Shown: positions 1-12,413 of the stretch, in pieces
How the letters are laid out: the number at the start of each line of letters is the position of its first letter
Position numbering within the stretch: position 1 is the stretch's first letter
Assembly: GCA_038893355.1 (NCBI GenBank)
Contig: JAWARQ010000001.1
Coordinates: 192,001-256,000, forward strand
Length of the DNA: 64,000 nucleotides
From: Sulfolobaceae archaeon
GTDB lineage: Archaea > Thermoproteota > Thermoprotei_A > Sulfolobales > Sulfolobaceae
Direction: 5' to 3'
Position numbers and translations under genes: made by a program
Notes under the pieces: generated by a model
Told to the model about the DNA's origin: nothing
Database searches by the model: none
The model's input: only the letters and a program-made list of their open reading frames with translations

Positions 1-201
1 GAACATGTTACAATACCTGGTGCTAAATACGATCCAGATATAGGAATATTTGGGATGGATGTAGCGATAACTCTAAAGCGACCAGGTTATAGGGTTATGT
101 GGAGAAGAAGAAAGAGGTCAAGAATTCCATTAAGACATAGAGTTACTAAAGAAGAGGCAATGGAATTTTTAAGGAGTAATTTTAATGTTAAAATAGTCTA
201 G
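1..201 (+). CDS. rpl5: 50S ribosomal protein uL5, C-terminal part (runs off the window edge)
   Basis: Frame 1 reads [21 protein letters not shown]...NVKIV*, the uL5 C-terminal motif, and precedes S14/S8. Confidence 0.95.
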   Translation, partial: EHVTIPGAKYDPDIGIFGMDVAITLKRPGYRVMWRRRKRSRIPLRHRVTKEEAMEFLRSNFNVKIV

Positions 202-209
202 GTGATGAA

Positions 210-374
210 ATGGGCAAATATAAACCGCCTGCTGAAAGGAAATATGGAAAAGGTACTCAAGTCTGTAAAAGATGTGGCAGTAGGGATTCTGTAATCCAAA
301 AATATGGATTATATTTATGTAGGCAATGTTTTAGAGAAATTGCATATAGTCTTGGATTTAAAAAGTATATGTAA
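210..374 (+). CDS. rps14: 30S ribosomal protein uS14 (Zn-binding), 54 aa, not in the ORF track
   Basis: [23 protein letters not shown]...[10 protein letters not shown]; SD GGTGA upstream; spc operon position. Confidence 0.96.
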   Translation: MGKYKPPAERKYGKGTQVCKRCGSRDSVIQKYGLYLCRQCFREIAYSLGFKKYM

Positions 375-384
375 GTGACCTAAA

Positions 385-786
<402 letters not shown>

Positions 787-798
787 GTGAGTTTTAAG

Positions 799-1353
799 AT
801 GGTAAGGGCTATATTATTAAGAGAAGAAATAGAAATACCTAAAAATGTAAATGTAAGCATTGAGGGTAATATTATAAGGGTTAAAGGACCTAAGGGGGAA
901 TTAAAAAGAGATTTAAGTATTCCGATTTCTAAGGGAATATTAGTAACATTGCAAGACCAAAAAATAATCCTGGAAGCGACTTTTGCAGATAGAAGAAAAA
1001 AAGCGTTGTTTTATACAACATTAGCTCATTTAAATAATATGATAGTTGGTGTAACTAAGGGATTTAGGTACTATTTAAAAATAATATATACTCATTTCCC
1101 GATTTCTGTAAAAGTTGTTGGAAATGAAGTTCAAATTTCAAATTTAATTGGAGAGAAAAATATTAGACGTGCAAAAATTGAAGAAGGTGTTAAAGTATCA
1201 GTAAAGGGTGACGAAGTAATTGTTGAGGGAATTGATCTTGAAAAGGTTGCATTAACTGCAGCAAGAATTGAACAAGCTACGAAGATAAGTGGATTTGACA
1301 GAAGGGTATTTTCAGATGGAATTTACATTTATAAGAAAGAGGTGATTTCATGA
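799..1353 (+). CDS. rpl6: 50S ribosomal protein uL6
   Basis: YTHFPI and [11 protein letters not shown] motifs; ATG at 799 follows SD GGTGA. Confidence 0.96.
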   Translation: MVRAILLREEIEIPKNVNVSIEGNIIRVKGPKGELKRDLSIPISKGILVTLQDQKIILEATFADRRKKALFYTTLAHLNNMIVGVTKGFRYYLKIIYTHFPISVKVVGNEVQISNLIGEKNIRRAKIEEGVKVSVKGDEVIVEGIDLEKVALTAARIEQATKISGFDRRVFSDGIYIYKKEVIS

Positions 1354-1766
1354 ATAAATTAAAAAATTTAAATGAAAGGAAAAAAATCTTAAAAAAGATA
1401 TATTTAATAAAATTAAAATATAAATCAAAATTACCGGAGTTTCTCAGATATCATTGGGATAGATACTATAGATTAGAAAGGCAAGAAACATGGAGAAAGC
1501 CTAGGGGTAGAGATAATAAATCTAGACTTAAGCTTAAAGGTTATCCGCCAGTAGTAGATCCAGGGTACAGAAAGCCTAGATTCGTAAGATATTTACATCC
1601 ATCTGGACTTAAACCAGTACTCATAAGCTCGATTTCTGATTTAGAAAAGATTAAGGATAAAAAAGATGAGGTGATTGTATATATTTCTGGGAATATAGGA
1701 TTAAGGAAAAGATTAGAAATTTTAAATAAGGCGAATGAACTTGGAATTAAGATTGCAAATGGGTGA
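1350..1766 (+). CDS. rpl32e: 50S ribosomal protein eL32
   Basis: [10 protein letters not shown] and RYLHPSG motifs. Confidence 0.96.
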   Translation: MNKLKNLNERKKILKKIYLIKLKYKSKLPEFLRYHWDRYYRLERQETWRKPRGRDNKSRLKLKGYPPVVDPGYRKPRFVRYLHPSGLKPVLISSISDLEKIKDKKDEVIVYISGNIGLRKRLEILNKANELGIKIANG

Positions 1767-1771
1767 AGATA

Positions 1772-2227
1772 ATGAGTGACTTAAAATTACAAAAGAGATT
1801 AGCAGCTCAAGTTGCAGGGGTGGGTATAAAAAGGGTAAAGATTCCTCCTGAATTTGCTGAAGAAGTTGAAGGTGAATTGACTAGAGAAGATATAAGAAAG
1901 TTAATAGAAGAAGGTAAGATAATAATTGAGCAGAAGAAAGGGAATTCTACGAGTAGGATAAAAATAAAAAGGCTTAAGAAAAGGAAGAAGAGTGAAGGCA
2001 AAGGTCATGGTAGCAGAAAGGGCAGTAAAAATGCTAGGGCTGATCTTCATTCACAATGGGTAAATAGGATTAGAAAGATTAGGAGATATTTGAAATATTT
2101 AAGAGATAGTGGAAAAATAGAACCTAAAATTTATAGAAAACTGTATAGAAGAGCAAAAGGTGGGGCTTTTAAGAGTCTAGCTGATGTTAAGTTAGAGCTA
2201 TTACAAATGGGTATAAAGGTGGAATAA
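1772..2227 (+). CDS. rpl19e: 50S ribosomal protein eL19
   Basis: [19 protein letters not shown] and [11 protein letters not shown] motifs. Confidence 0.96.
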   Translation: MSDLKLQKRLAAQVAGVGIKRVKIPPEFAEEVEGELTREDIRKLIEEGKIIIEQKKGNSTSRIKIKRLKKRKKSEGKGHGSRKGSKNARADLHSQWVNRIRKIRRYLKYLRDSGKIEPKIYRKLYRRAKGGAFKSLADVKLELLQMGIKVE

Positions 2228-2819
2228 TGGCTACTGGACCACGATATAAGGTTAAATTTAGAAGGAGAAGGGAAGGGAAAACTAATTATTATAAGAGGTA
2301 CATATACGTTTTAAGTAAGGCTATCAGAGCTGTTGTTAGAATAACTAATAAGCATATAATCTTTCAAATTGTAAAATTTGATCCAAAAGGAGATGTAACA
2401 TTAGTTATGGCACATTCTATGGAACTAATAAAAAAATATGGCTGGAAGGGCGATCCCAATAATACTCCAGCTGCATATTTAGTTGGATATTTAGCGGGAT
2501 TAAGGGCACTGAAGGCTAATATAACTGAAGCTGTTGCGGATATTGGCTTGCATAGACCAACAAAAGGAGGAAGAGTATTTGCTGCAATAAAAGGTGCAAT
2601 TGATGCTGGGTTAAAAATTAAAGTTGGTGATGTTCTACCAACTCAAGATAGAATAAGGGGAGAGCATATAGCAAAGTATGCAATAGAATTAGAGTCAACA
2701 AATCCAGAAAAATTTAAGAGATTATTTTCAGGTTATCTTTCCCGTGGTTTACACCCTAAAGATCTTCCCGCTCATTTTGATGAAGTATTAAATAGGATTA
2801 AAGAAGAGGGTAGTAAAAG

Positions 2820-2823
<4 letters not shown>
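2227..2823 (+). CDS. rpl18: 50S ribosomal protein uL18
   Basis: [24 protein letters not shown] and NTPAAYLVG motifs. Confidence 0.97.
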
Positions 2824-3464
<641 letters not shown>

Positions 3465-3471
3465 AAGGATT

Positions 3472-3948
3472 ATGAAATTGTATGCTATAATCAGGATAAG
3501 AGGTTATGCTGGGACACCATGGTATATTCAAGATCATTTAGAAAAGTTAAGACTAAAAAGGAGGTTTAATGCAATGATATATCCTGAAGATAATGGGATA
3601 TTAGGTAGAGTTAGAACTGTACAAAGTTATGTAACATGGGGAGAGTTAAATTATGAAGGACTTAAATTACTATTAACTAGGCTATATACAATTAATGGAA
3701 TTAGGGTAGAGAGGGATTTAGATCTATTAAAATCTAAATTAAAATTAGAAAATTTTGAATCATTTGTTAACGCAATTTTCGAAGGAAAGTTATTATTGCA
3801 TAAATTAGATGATTATTTTAAACTACCAATAAGACTTCATCCCCCAAGAGGAGGTTTTAAAGGTAAGATTAATAGACCGTATGGACAAAAGGGAGAGTTT
3901 GGATACAGAGGAGAGAAAATAAACGAATTAATAAGGAGGATGGTATAA
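3472..3948 (+). CDS. rpl30: 50S ribosomal protein uL30
   Basis: VTWGE, RLHPPRGGFK and GYRGEKINELIRRM motifs. Confidence 0.96.
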   Translation: MKLYAIIRIRGYAGTPWYIQDHLEKLRLKRRFNAMIYPEDNGILGRVRTVQSYVTWGELNYEGLKLLLTRLYTINGIRVERDLDLLKSKLKLENFESFVNAIFEGKLLLHKLDDYFKLPIRLHPPRGGFKGKINRPYGQKGEFGYRGEKINELIRRMV

Positions 3949-3949
3949 T

Positions 3950-4384
3950 ATGGTAGTAAGAAGGGAAAAGAAGTCTAGAAAGATGAGAGGATCTAGGACG
4001 ATGGGATGGGGTAGAAGAGGTCAACATAGAGATAGAGGTTCTCAAGGAAGTAGACAAGTTGGAATGCATAAGGAAAAATGGTCTTGGCTAGTAAAATATG
4101 GAGAAGGATGGTATGGTAAGCATGGTTTTGTTAATCCAACTAGTAAGAAGATAAATTCAATATCATTAAGAAAATTACGAGAATTAATCGAAAATGGTAA
4201 AATAAAACCAAAGGAGGAAAATGGAAAACTAGTTATAGATTTAGAAGAACTCGGATATCAAAAATTATTAGGAAATGGTGAAATTGACAAGCCATATTTA
4301 ATAAGAGTTAGACAAGCAACTCAAAGAGCTATAGAAAGAGTGAAGTCTAAGGGAGGAGAAGTTATATTAATCTCAACGAGTTAG
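3950..4384 (+). CDS. rpl15: 50S ribosomal protein uL15
   Basis: RGSRTMGWG, YGKHGF and KLLGNG motifs. Confidence 0.96.
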   Translation: MVVRREKKSRKMRGSRTMGWGRRGQHRDRGSQGSRQVGMHKEKWSWLVKYGEGWYGKHGFVNPTSKKINSISLRKLRELIENGKIKPKEENGKLVIDLEELGYQKLLGNGEIDKPYLIRVRQATQRAIERVKSKGGEVILISTS

Positions 4385-4394
4385 GCTTTTTTGT

Positions 4395-6372
<1,978 letters not shown>

Positions 6373-6373
6373 T

Positions 6374-6814
6374 ATGAATTTGCAATTACTTGAAGTGATA
6401 TTAATTTCTTTTATTTCAAATATAATAGTATATATTATTTATTTATTATTTATTAAAAATAAATTATTAAATATTTATAATAAAATAAAAGAGTATGAAG
6501 ATAGAATTAATTCTATAGTCTCCCCTAAGCGTCGATCTAGAACTTTAAAAATGATTTCAAAAGAATTACAAGATTATTATAATAAATTCAGGTTATATCT
6601 TTTTACGCAAACTATGATACTTACATCGCTATATTTAATTAATTTATTTATAATTATTTCTTATTTTTCATTTTCAATTTATTTACCAATAATTATTCCA
6701 TTTATTCAAAGCTCTGCAATCGAGATATCAGGGAGTTCTGGTCCATTGCTAATATATGTACTTTCATTTTTCTTGTTCACGCCAATATCTATGAGAAGGC
6801 CTAAATTTGAATGA
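6374..6814 (+). CDS. Small membrane protein, probable DUF106/EMC3-Oxa1-like family
   Basis: TM helix, coiled coil, then TM segments; occupies the conserved slot between adk and eL34. Confidence 0.6.
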   Translation: MNLQLLEVILISFISNIIVYIIYLLFIKNKLLNIYNKIKEYEDRINSIVSPKRRSRTLKMISKELQDYYNKFRLYLFTQTMILTSLYLINLFIIISYFSFSIYLPIIIPFIQSSAIEISGSSGPLLIYVLSFFLFTPISMRRPKFE

Positions 6815-6853
6815 GTATAGTTTTTTATATGAATCATAAGAAAATAAGATATA

Positions 6854-7117
6854 ATGCCGAGACCGGCTTTAAGGTCAAGGTCTTTAAGGAGAATATTTAG
6901 AAGAACTCCATCTGGAAGGACTGTTGTACATTATGAGAGAAAGAGAAATTCTCCAGCTAAATGTGCATTATGTAAATCTGAATTAAATGGTGTAAAGACT
7001 AATAAATTATATAAATATTCTAAGGTAGAAAAAAGGCCAGAAAGACCCTTTGGTGGTTATCTTTGCCATAAATGTCTGGAAAGGATAATTAAATTGAACG
7101 TAAGAGGATTAGTATGA
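6854..7117 (+). CDS. rpl34e: 50S ribosomal protein eL34
   Basis: RTPSGR, CALC and RPERPFGGYLCHKC motifs. Confidence 0.96.
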   Translation: MPRPALRSRSLRRIFRRTPSGRTVVHYERKRNSPAKCALCKSELNGVKTNKLYKYSKVEKRPERPFGGYLCHKCLERIIKLNVRGLV

Positions 7118-7671
7118 TAATAGTAATAAGTGGGCCACCAGGTAGTGGTAAAACAAGTGTTGCAAAAGAATTATCAAGAAGGCTAAATATCCCCTATATC
7201 TCTGCAGGAGGATTATTTAGAAAGATTGCAGAGGAGAAGGGAATCTCTGTGGTGGAGTTAAATATATTAGCTGAGAAGAATTTTGAAATTGATAGATTAG
7301 TAGATTCTGAGATAATTAATACAGTAAAAAAATTTAATGATGTGATAGTTGAATCACACATAGCTGGCTGGATATTAAATGACGTTGCTGATGTAAAAGT
7401 TTATCTTTATGCACCATTTTATATAAGGGCAAAGAGAATTTCAGAAAGAGATAAAATTTCTCTACAAAGAGCTATGGAAGAAATTGTAGCTAGAGAATAT
7501 AGTCATTATACTAGATTTAAAAAGTATTATGGAATTGATATTTTAGATGTATCAAATTTTGATTTAATTATAAATACTGAAAATTTAAATTTAAATGCTA
7601 TAATAGATTTATTAGTAAGTTTTATTAGGAATAAACAAGAACATATTCAGAATCGTGTGTCTACTTTATAG
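7114..7671 (+). CDS. cmk: Cytidylate kinase
   Basis: ISGPPGSGKTS, SAGGLFR and FKKYYGID motifs. Confidence 0.93.
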   Translation: MIIVISGPPGSGKTSVAKELSRRLNIPYISAGGLFRKIAEEKGISVVELNILAEKNFEIDRLVDSEIINTVKKFNDVIVESHIAGWILNDVADVKVYLYAPFYIRAKRISERDKISLQRAMEEIVAREYSHYTRFKKYYGIDILDVSNFDLIINTENLNLNAIIDLLVSFIRNKQEHIQNRVSTL

Positions 7672-7686
7672 GAAGATTTCACTCAT

Positions 7687-7929
7687 ATGACTATAATTTC
7701 GTTTATTCAAAATCTTACCACAACGGTAACAGAAGTTTCATGGTCTCTGTTTTTACTAGCCTGGGCCATTGGCTGGGCATTAAGGGGTTCTCCCATACCA
7801 ATATTTAGAGTAAAAAGAACCGGTCAAGATTTATTGGAAGATGCTATATTTGCAGCATTTTGGTTAGCGATAGGCTCCACTATCTTTCAAGCGATAACGT
7901 ATATAGCATCCCAAATCCAATTAGGGTGA
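7687..7929 (+). CDS. cedA1: Ced DNA-import pilin-like protein CedA1
   Basis: Two-TM protein with WAIGWALRGSPIP...GQDLLEDAI, directly upstream of cedA. Confidence 0.88.
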   Translation: MTIISFIQNLTTTVTEVSWSLFLLAWAIGWALRGSPIPIFRVKRTGQDLLEDAIFAAFWLAIGSTIFQAITYIASQIQLG

Positions 7930-7936
7930 AAGTTTC

Positions 7937-8716
7937 TTGTATTCACCAATTGAATTATTATATATAGCACAAAATTTAGCAATTCTTACTTATTTTTTAG
8001 GAGTTTTACTTTATGCATTACCAATACCAATTTACGGGATAAAAAAATGGGCTCCAAAGTTAGTTTCAGATGGAATATATGCTAGTGTGTGGGTTAATAT
8101 ATATGCAGGAATTTTATATATGATTTCATTAATATCTAATATTATCGGAATTTCATGGGATTCTTATTTTTTATGGTTAAGGCAAGTTTTAGGTTTTGAG
8201 CTTAACTTATACCTTATAATTAGAGCTACTGCTGCAACAGCTTCTGTAGACCCAGCATTAAGCGTCCTTGTTGCTCCATTTACTCTATTTATGTCCTTTA
8301 TGACGGGGTTAATAACACTTCTTCAAACCATAATAATTATTTCTGAAATAGTTTATCAGTATACTCCTATATTCATCTCATTAGGCATATTATTACTCTC
8401 AATCCCATTTAGAATAGGAAGGGGAATAGGAGCTTCACTAATTGCCTCCTTCACTATATTTTACATTGGTCTCCCATACTTACCAGAATTTCTAAATAAC
8501 TTAAATATGAATATTTTATCATTACCACCTCCGTCTACAGACCAACCTCAAGATTTAATTAATCTCTTAGCAACGCAAATCGTACCACAAATAATTGCAG
8601 CAACGATAGTTATGCCGTTAATATACATTACAATTTTAGCAGGATTGAGTATAGGATTAGCTTATGCAATAAGTGGAACCGGCGGTAGATTGCCATTTCC
8701 TATAGATATATTATGA
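7937..8716 (+). CDS. cedA: Ced DNA-import channel protein CedA
   Basis: YALPIPIYGIKKWAPKLVSDGIY and LLSIPFRIGRGIGA; polytopic membrane protein. Confidence 0.9.
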   Translation: MYSPIELLYIAQNLAILTYFLGVLLYALPIPIYGIKKWAPKLVSDGIYASVWVNIYAGILYMISLISNIIGISWDSYFLWLRQVLGFELNLYLIIRATAATASVDPALSVLVAPFTLFMSFMTGLITLLQTIIIISEIVYQYTPIFISLGILLLSIPFRIGRGIGASLIASFTIFYIGLPYLPEFLNNLNMNILSLPPPSTDQPQDLINLLATQIVPQIIAATIVMPLIYITILAGLSIGLAYAISGTGGRLPFPIDIL

Positions 8717-8738
8717 ATAAGTAAATAAGGTGAGAAAA

Positions 8739-8900
8739 GTGAAAAGTTATAAAATAATACCATTACTATTTCTGATAAATTCAATATTAGTATCAATAAT
8801 AACTAAAAACTATATTTATCTTTTATGGGGAATTTCGATTTCAATATTAATTTATATTATAATTAAATTTATTTTGAAGAAGACGATTGAGACTGAGTAG
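8739..8900 (+). CDS. cedA2: Small two-TM protein, probable CedA2 (53 aa, not in the ORF track)
   Basis: GTG start after AGGTGA; MKSYKIIPLLFLINSILVSIITKNYIYLLWGISISILIYIIIKFILKKTIETE; size and position after cedA fit. Confidence 0.65.
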   Translation: MKSYKIIPLLFLINSILVSIITKNYIYLLWGISISILIYIIIKFILKKTIETE

Positions 8901-8961
8901 ATTTTTTCTCCTTCCTTACCTCTTTTACCATAAATAACGTTGTCTTCTGTCTACCTCCCAT
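8869..8961 (-). CDS. Unannotated 30-aa basic peptide MGGRQKTTLFMVKEVRKEKKSTQSQSSSSK
   Basis: ATG...TAA ORF with a purine-rich coding strand; TTTAAA box at 8990-8985 suits a leaderless start. Confidence 0.5.
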   Translation of the reverse strand: MGGRQKTTLFMVKEVRKEKKSTQSQSSSSK

Positions 8962-8997
8962 ATATAACGTTATAACCTCTAAAGTTTAAAGTTTAAT

Positions 8998-9417
8998 GTG
9001 AAACGATTCGAATTCTTTGAACATACTGCAGATATAGGAATTAAGGCATATGGAAGGACATTAGATGAATTATTTGAAAATTGTGCACTAGCAGTCTTTG
9101 AAATTATAACAGATACTAGCAAAGTATTACCAAAGGTTAAAGTTGAAATACAAGAATTTGGATATGATTTAGAGAATTTATTATACAAATGGATCGAAGA
9201 TCTGTTATACTATTATGATTCTCGACTTTTAGTATTCTCAAAATTCAAGGTAAAAGTAGACTCTGAAACTCTATTCTTAGAAGCTGAAGCATATGGTGAA
9301 AGATTTGATCCTCAAAGATTTGAGAAGAGGGTAGTAGTAAAGGCAATGACATATCACGAAATGGAAATTAAGAAGACAGAAGAAGGCTATGAGGCAAAAT
9401 TTGTTGTGGACATCTGA
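8998..9417 (+). CDS. Archease (RtcB cofactor)
   Basis: FEHTADIGIKAYG, VKAMTYH and C-terminal VVDI. Confidence 0.95.
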   Translation: MKRFEFFEHTADIGIKAYGRTLDELFENCALAVFEIITDTSKVLPKVKVEIQEFGYDLENLLYKWIEDLLYYYDSRLLVFSKFKVKVDSETLFLEAEAYGERFDPQRFEKRVVVKAMTYHEMEIKKTEEGYEAKFVVDI

Positions 9418-9935
9418 AGTTTTAATTTGCATCTTTCACAATAGGTATTACCTTTCTTATCTACCTCTTTTATAGAATTACTAAAGCTCATAACGCAAGA
9501 TTTGTCGTTACAATGCTCTAAGCCCAATGCATGTCCGAGCTCATGAGTTGCTTCTTTTTTTACTCTATCTAAGAATAAAGAAAAGTTAGGCTCTCTACCG
9601 TAAAACTCTTCTTTAAGTCGTGATAAAAATACTATACCTACTCTTGATGTAGCAATTCCAAAAATAAAGTTTAATGAATCTGAGAATCCATCAACATCTG
9701 CAATTCCCAATATAACGCTTTCATTATTTAGGAACTCACTAAGTTTTCTTTTTAAAAATTCGAGTATCTGATCAGCATCATACTGTTTCCTATCCCAGCA
9801 ATAATAGCTAAATGGTATATGAAGTATATCATTTATAATTCTTACATTAAATCCCAAACTTTCAAGATGTGATGCTATACTTTGTAGTACTATATAATCG
9901 ACCTTCGTTAATGGTAAGAGGAATACTTTTATCAT
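9387..9935 (-). CDS. amzA: Archaemetzincin Zn-metalloprotease
   Basis: HELGHALGLEHC-x4-CVMSFSNS...CERC; start moved to ATG 9935 because the longer ORF begins inside tRNA-Phe. Confidence 0.92.
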   Translation of the reverse strand: MIKVFLLPLTKVDYIVLQSIASHLESLGFNVRIINDILHIPFSYYCWDRKQYDADQILEFLKRKLSEFLNNESVILGIADVDGFSDSLNFIFGIATSRVGIVFLSRLKEEFYGREPNFSLFLDRVKKEATHELGHALGLEHCNDKSCVMSFSNSIKEVDKKGNTYCERCKLKLQMSTTNFAS

Positions 9936-9965
9936 TTTTTCACCATATAGAATTTTAGGTATATA

Positions 9966-10039
9966 TGCCGCCGCGGGGACTTGAACCCCGGACATCCCGG
10001 TCTTCAGCCGGGCGCTCTCCCGGGCTGAGCTACGGCGGC
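9966..10039 (-). tRNA. tRNA-Phe(GAA)
   Basis: GCCGCCGTAGCTCAG...CCGGCT-GAA-GACCGG...GGTTCAAGTCCCCGCGGCGGCA cloverleaf; no intron; CCA not encoded. Confidence 0.97.
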
Positions 10040-10082
10040 TCCTCGTAATAGATTTATATTCTTAGCATTAAAAAGATTTACT

Positions 10083-10160
10083 AGGGGGTCTGGCGACCCT
10101 CATCGAGATCCCCATTATTGGGGTAACAATGAAAATGGGGCTCCAGAGGCCCCTACATTT
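10083..10160 (+). ncRNA. H/ACA pseudouridylation guide sRNA
   Basis: GC-rich hairpin: lower stem AGGGG/CCCCT, 6+6-nt pocket, upper stem CCTCAT/ATGGGG, K-turn-like GA...AAT-GA, and ACA 14 nt below the upper stem. TTTATA box at 10053. Confidence 0.78.
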
Positions 10161-10486
10161 ACGATAAGTAAAAAACTCTTTTAGTTTTTATCAAGATAGT
10201 ATTGCTATTGGACTACAAAATCTCTTTTTTCCTCTATAATACGTTATGAAAAATTATATTTTACATTTCTACTTTATGAGAAGAATTTTTCATGTAATAG
10301 TTTATAGCTCAATAACGACACTATCGGCCTTATTTAGAATAATTTAATTACATAATAAGTTTAATAACATGAATTAAAGCAGATAATATAACCATTTCAA
10401 TTCTTATTATGATGAGATTTGATAATGACTCATATTAATATGGAGGAAACTTTAAATGGTTATGTATTAGTAGTTCTATTAGTAGT

Positions 10487-10561
<75 letters not shown>

Positions 10562-10674
10562 CTATTTTTCCTTTAAATTGAAAGAGAGTTACGTTCTCTA
10601 TAGATATAAGGGATTTGCAACAGCGAAGGATATTTTTGCAACATTCTCATTATTTAATGATAGAATGTGATATT

Positions 10675-11607
10675 ATGGTAAGGATTGACGTAAATAAATT
10701 AGATAATGAGCAAAAAATACGAATATTGAAGAAAGCTATAGAAAAATACGGGTTAAGTTATGTTGCACAAAAGCTAGGAATTGACAGAAGTACTTTATAC
10801 AGATATTTTGCAGACAAAGTAAAGAAGGTCCCAGATGAAACAATAAGCATCACTGCAGAGATGCTCAGTTTAGAGGAACTGAGCTATGCACTTTATGGTT
10901 TGAAGACTATAGACGTGGAGCCCACCACGGCATTAAGCGTAATAATAAAGGCTTTGAGGGATCAAGGCTTTCGTAACTTCTTCTTAACGCTGCTTTATCA
11001 GTACATGGGGGATTATTTGAAGACAGCTACTAATACTTATATCGTAAGTGAAGACGACGTGATGAAGTTTGAGGTGTTACTCAATGAGAAAGCTGCAAGT
11101 ACTAAGAAGCAACGAATAAGATATTTGAAGAAAGCCCTATCGGAATTGGGATATCAATTATCACCTGACGGAATTAGAGAGCTACTGAATGAGGCTGAAA
11201 CTCCCAATATCGCTAGGCATACTGCAAATTCGTTAAAGCTCTTCATAAAGACAATTATGAGAGAAAAGAACCCAGAGTTGGCCCATCTGTTATATTCTTC
11301 CTTTAAAGTCCCTCGGGGAAAATATAAGCACAAGCCCGAGTCACTTAGTTTAGAAGTATTGCGAAAAATATTTGAGAATATTGAACACTTGGGAGCAAAG
11401 ACGTATTTCCTACTGTTATGCGAGACCAGTTTAAGAACCGAGGAAGTTTACGGTATAACCCTGGAGCAGATAGACTTAGAGCATAGAATAATCAGGTTAA
11501 TGAAAGAAAGCGAGACTAAGAGGGCGTATATTTCCTTTATTCATCCTAAAATTACAGAATTTCTCAAGAACGTATACTTACCCTACAGGGAAGAGTTCGT
11601 AAAATGA
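10675..11607 (+). pseudogene. C-terminally truncated tyrosine integrase with N-terminal HTH
   Basis: HTH VAQKLGIDRSTLYRY, box I LLLCETSLRTEE and ETKRAYISF. Stops at YLPYREEFVK before the box II Arg and catalytic Tyr; no continuation found downstream. Confidence 0.85.
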
Positions 11608-11799
11608 ATAATCTAAGTGACTTTTATCTCGGATTATTGCTGATTAAAATGTTGACAACTATTATGATGAGTTTTTAGTTTTATTATAAAAATTAAAAGT
11701 AAATATAAAATATTTAAAATAAGATATAATTATTTGGTAATTTTTAATCCGTTTTTAATGAGTACTTACATTTATAAACTCTCGCACAAAAACTCTTAT

Positions 11800-12011
11800 G
11801 TGTCTACCGTTTATAGTATACGGATTCCTAAAAAGTTGAAAGAATTAATGGATTCCGTAAATGTTGATTGGCAAAAGGAGATCAGTAATTACATAGAAGA
11901 AAGAGTAAGGAAAGAGTTAATAAAAAGTACATTGAGGAGGGTAAAGAGAATATAAGTAAAATGAAAGTTATAGATAACTCCTCGATAATAAGAGAGGAAA
12001 GAGAAAAGTGA
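11800..12011 (+). pseudogene. vapB: VapB-type RHH antitoxin, frameshifted
   Basis: VSTVYSIRIPKKLKELMD...WQKEI; one extra A in the run at 11922-11926 restores YIEEGK...SIIREEREK*. Its stop overlaps the vapC start (GTGA). Confidence 0.8.
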
Positions 12012-12413
12012 TCTTAGATTCATCAGCTATTTCATCATTCTTTTTCAAAGACCACTTTACTGAAAAATAACTGAAATTATATTGAACTTGGACAGTTTCG
12101 AAACGTTAGATTTAGCCTTTGCTGAGGTTTCTAATGTTGCGTGGAAAAGGATAGTTATTTTCCAAGACGATAAAAATGCTGTATTAAGCCAATTACAAAA
12201 AGCCATAGATTTCATAGAAAAATTATGTAAAGTAGTTCAAGTTAGAGAAATTTGGAATAATGCAATTGATCTGGCTATAAATGAAGACTTCCCTTTTATG
12301 ATTCAGCGTTTTTGTATTTAGCTATAAAGGAAAATTCAAAATTACTCACAACAGATCTAAAGTTTTTCAACAAGCTTCCCGATAAATACAAAAAATTTGT
12401 TATAACCCCGTAA
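12008..12413 (+). pseudogene. vapC: VapC PIN-domain toxin, two frameshifts
   Basis: MILDSSAI, LAFAEVSNVAWK, YDSAFLYLA and LLTTD lie in different frames; breaks at A5 12063-12067 and T4 12294-12297. Confidence 0.87.

Noticed and set aside
9936-9995. N-terminal extension of archaemetzincin in the ORF track
   Set aside because: It starts inside tRNA-Phe; ATG 9935 has an SD (GGTGA) and gives a normal-sized protein.
10083-10160. Possible hammerhead ribozyme or simple terminator
   Set aside because: No CUGANGA core on either strand; K-turn plus the 14-nt ACA spacing fits H/ACA better.
10246-10347. 33-codon hydrophobic ORF (MKNYILHF...) between the sRNA and tRNA-Asp
   Set aside because: Composition expected by chance in AT-rich DNA; no supporting signals.
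10615-11607. SSV-type integrase split by the att site, implying a provirus
   Set aside because: The integrase begins downstream of the att with its own N-terminus, and no capsid or replication genes are visible.
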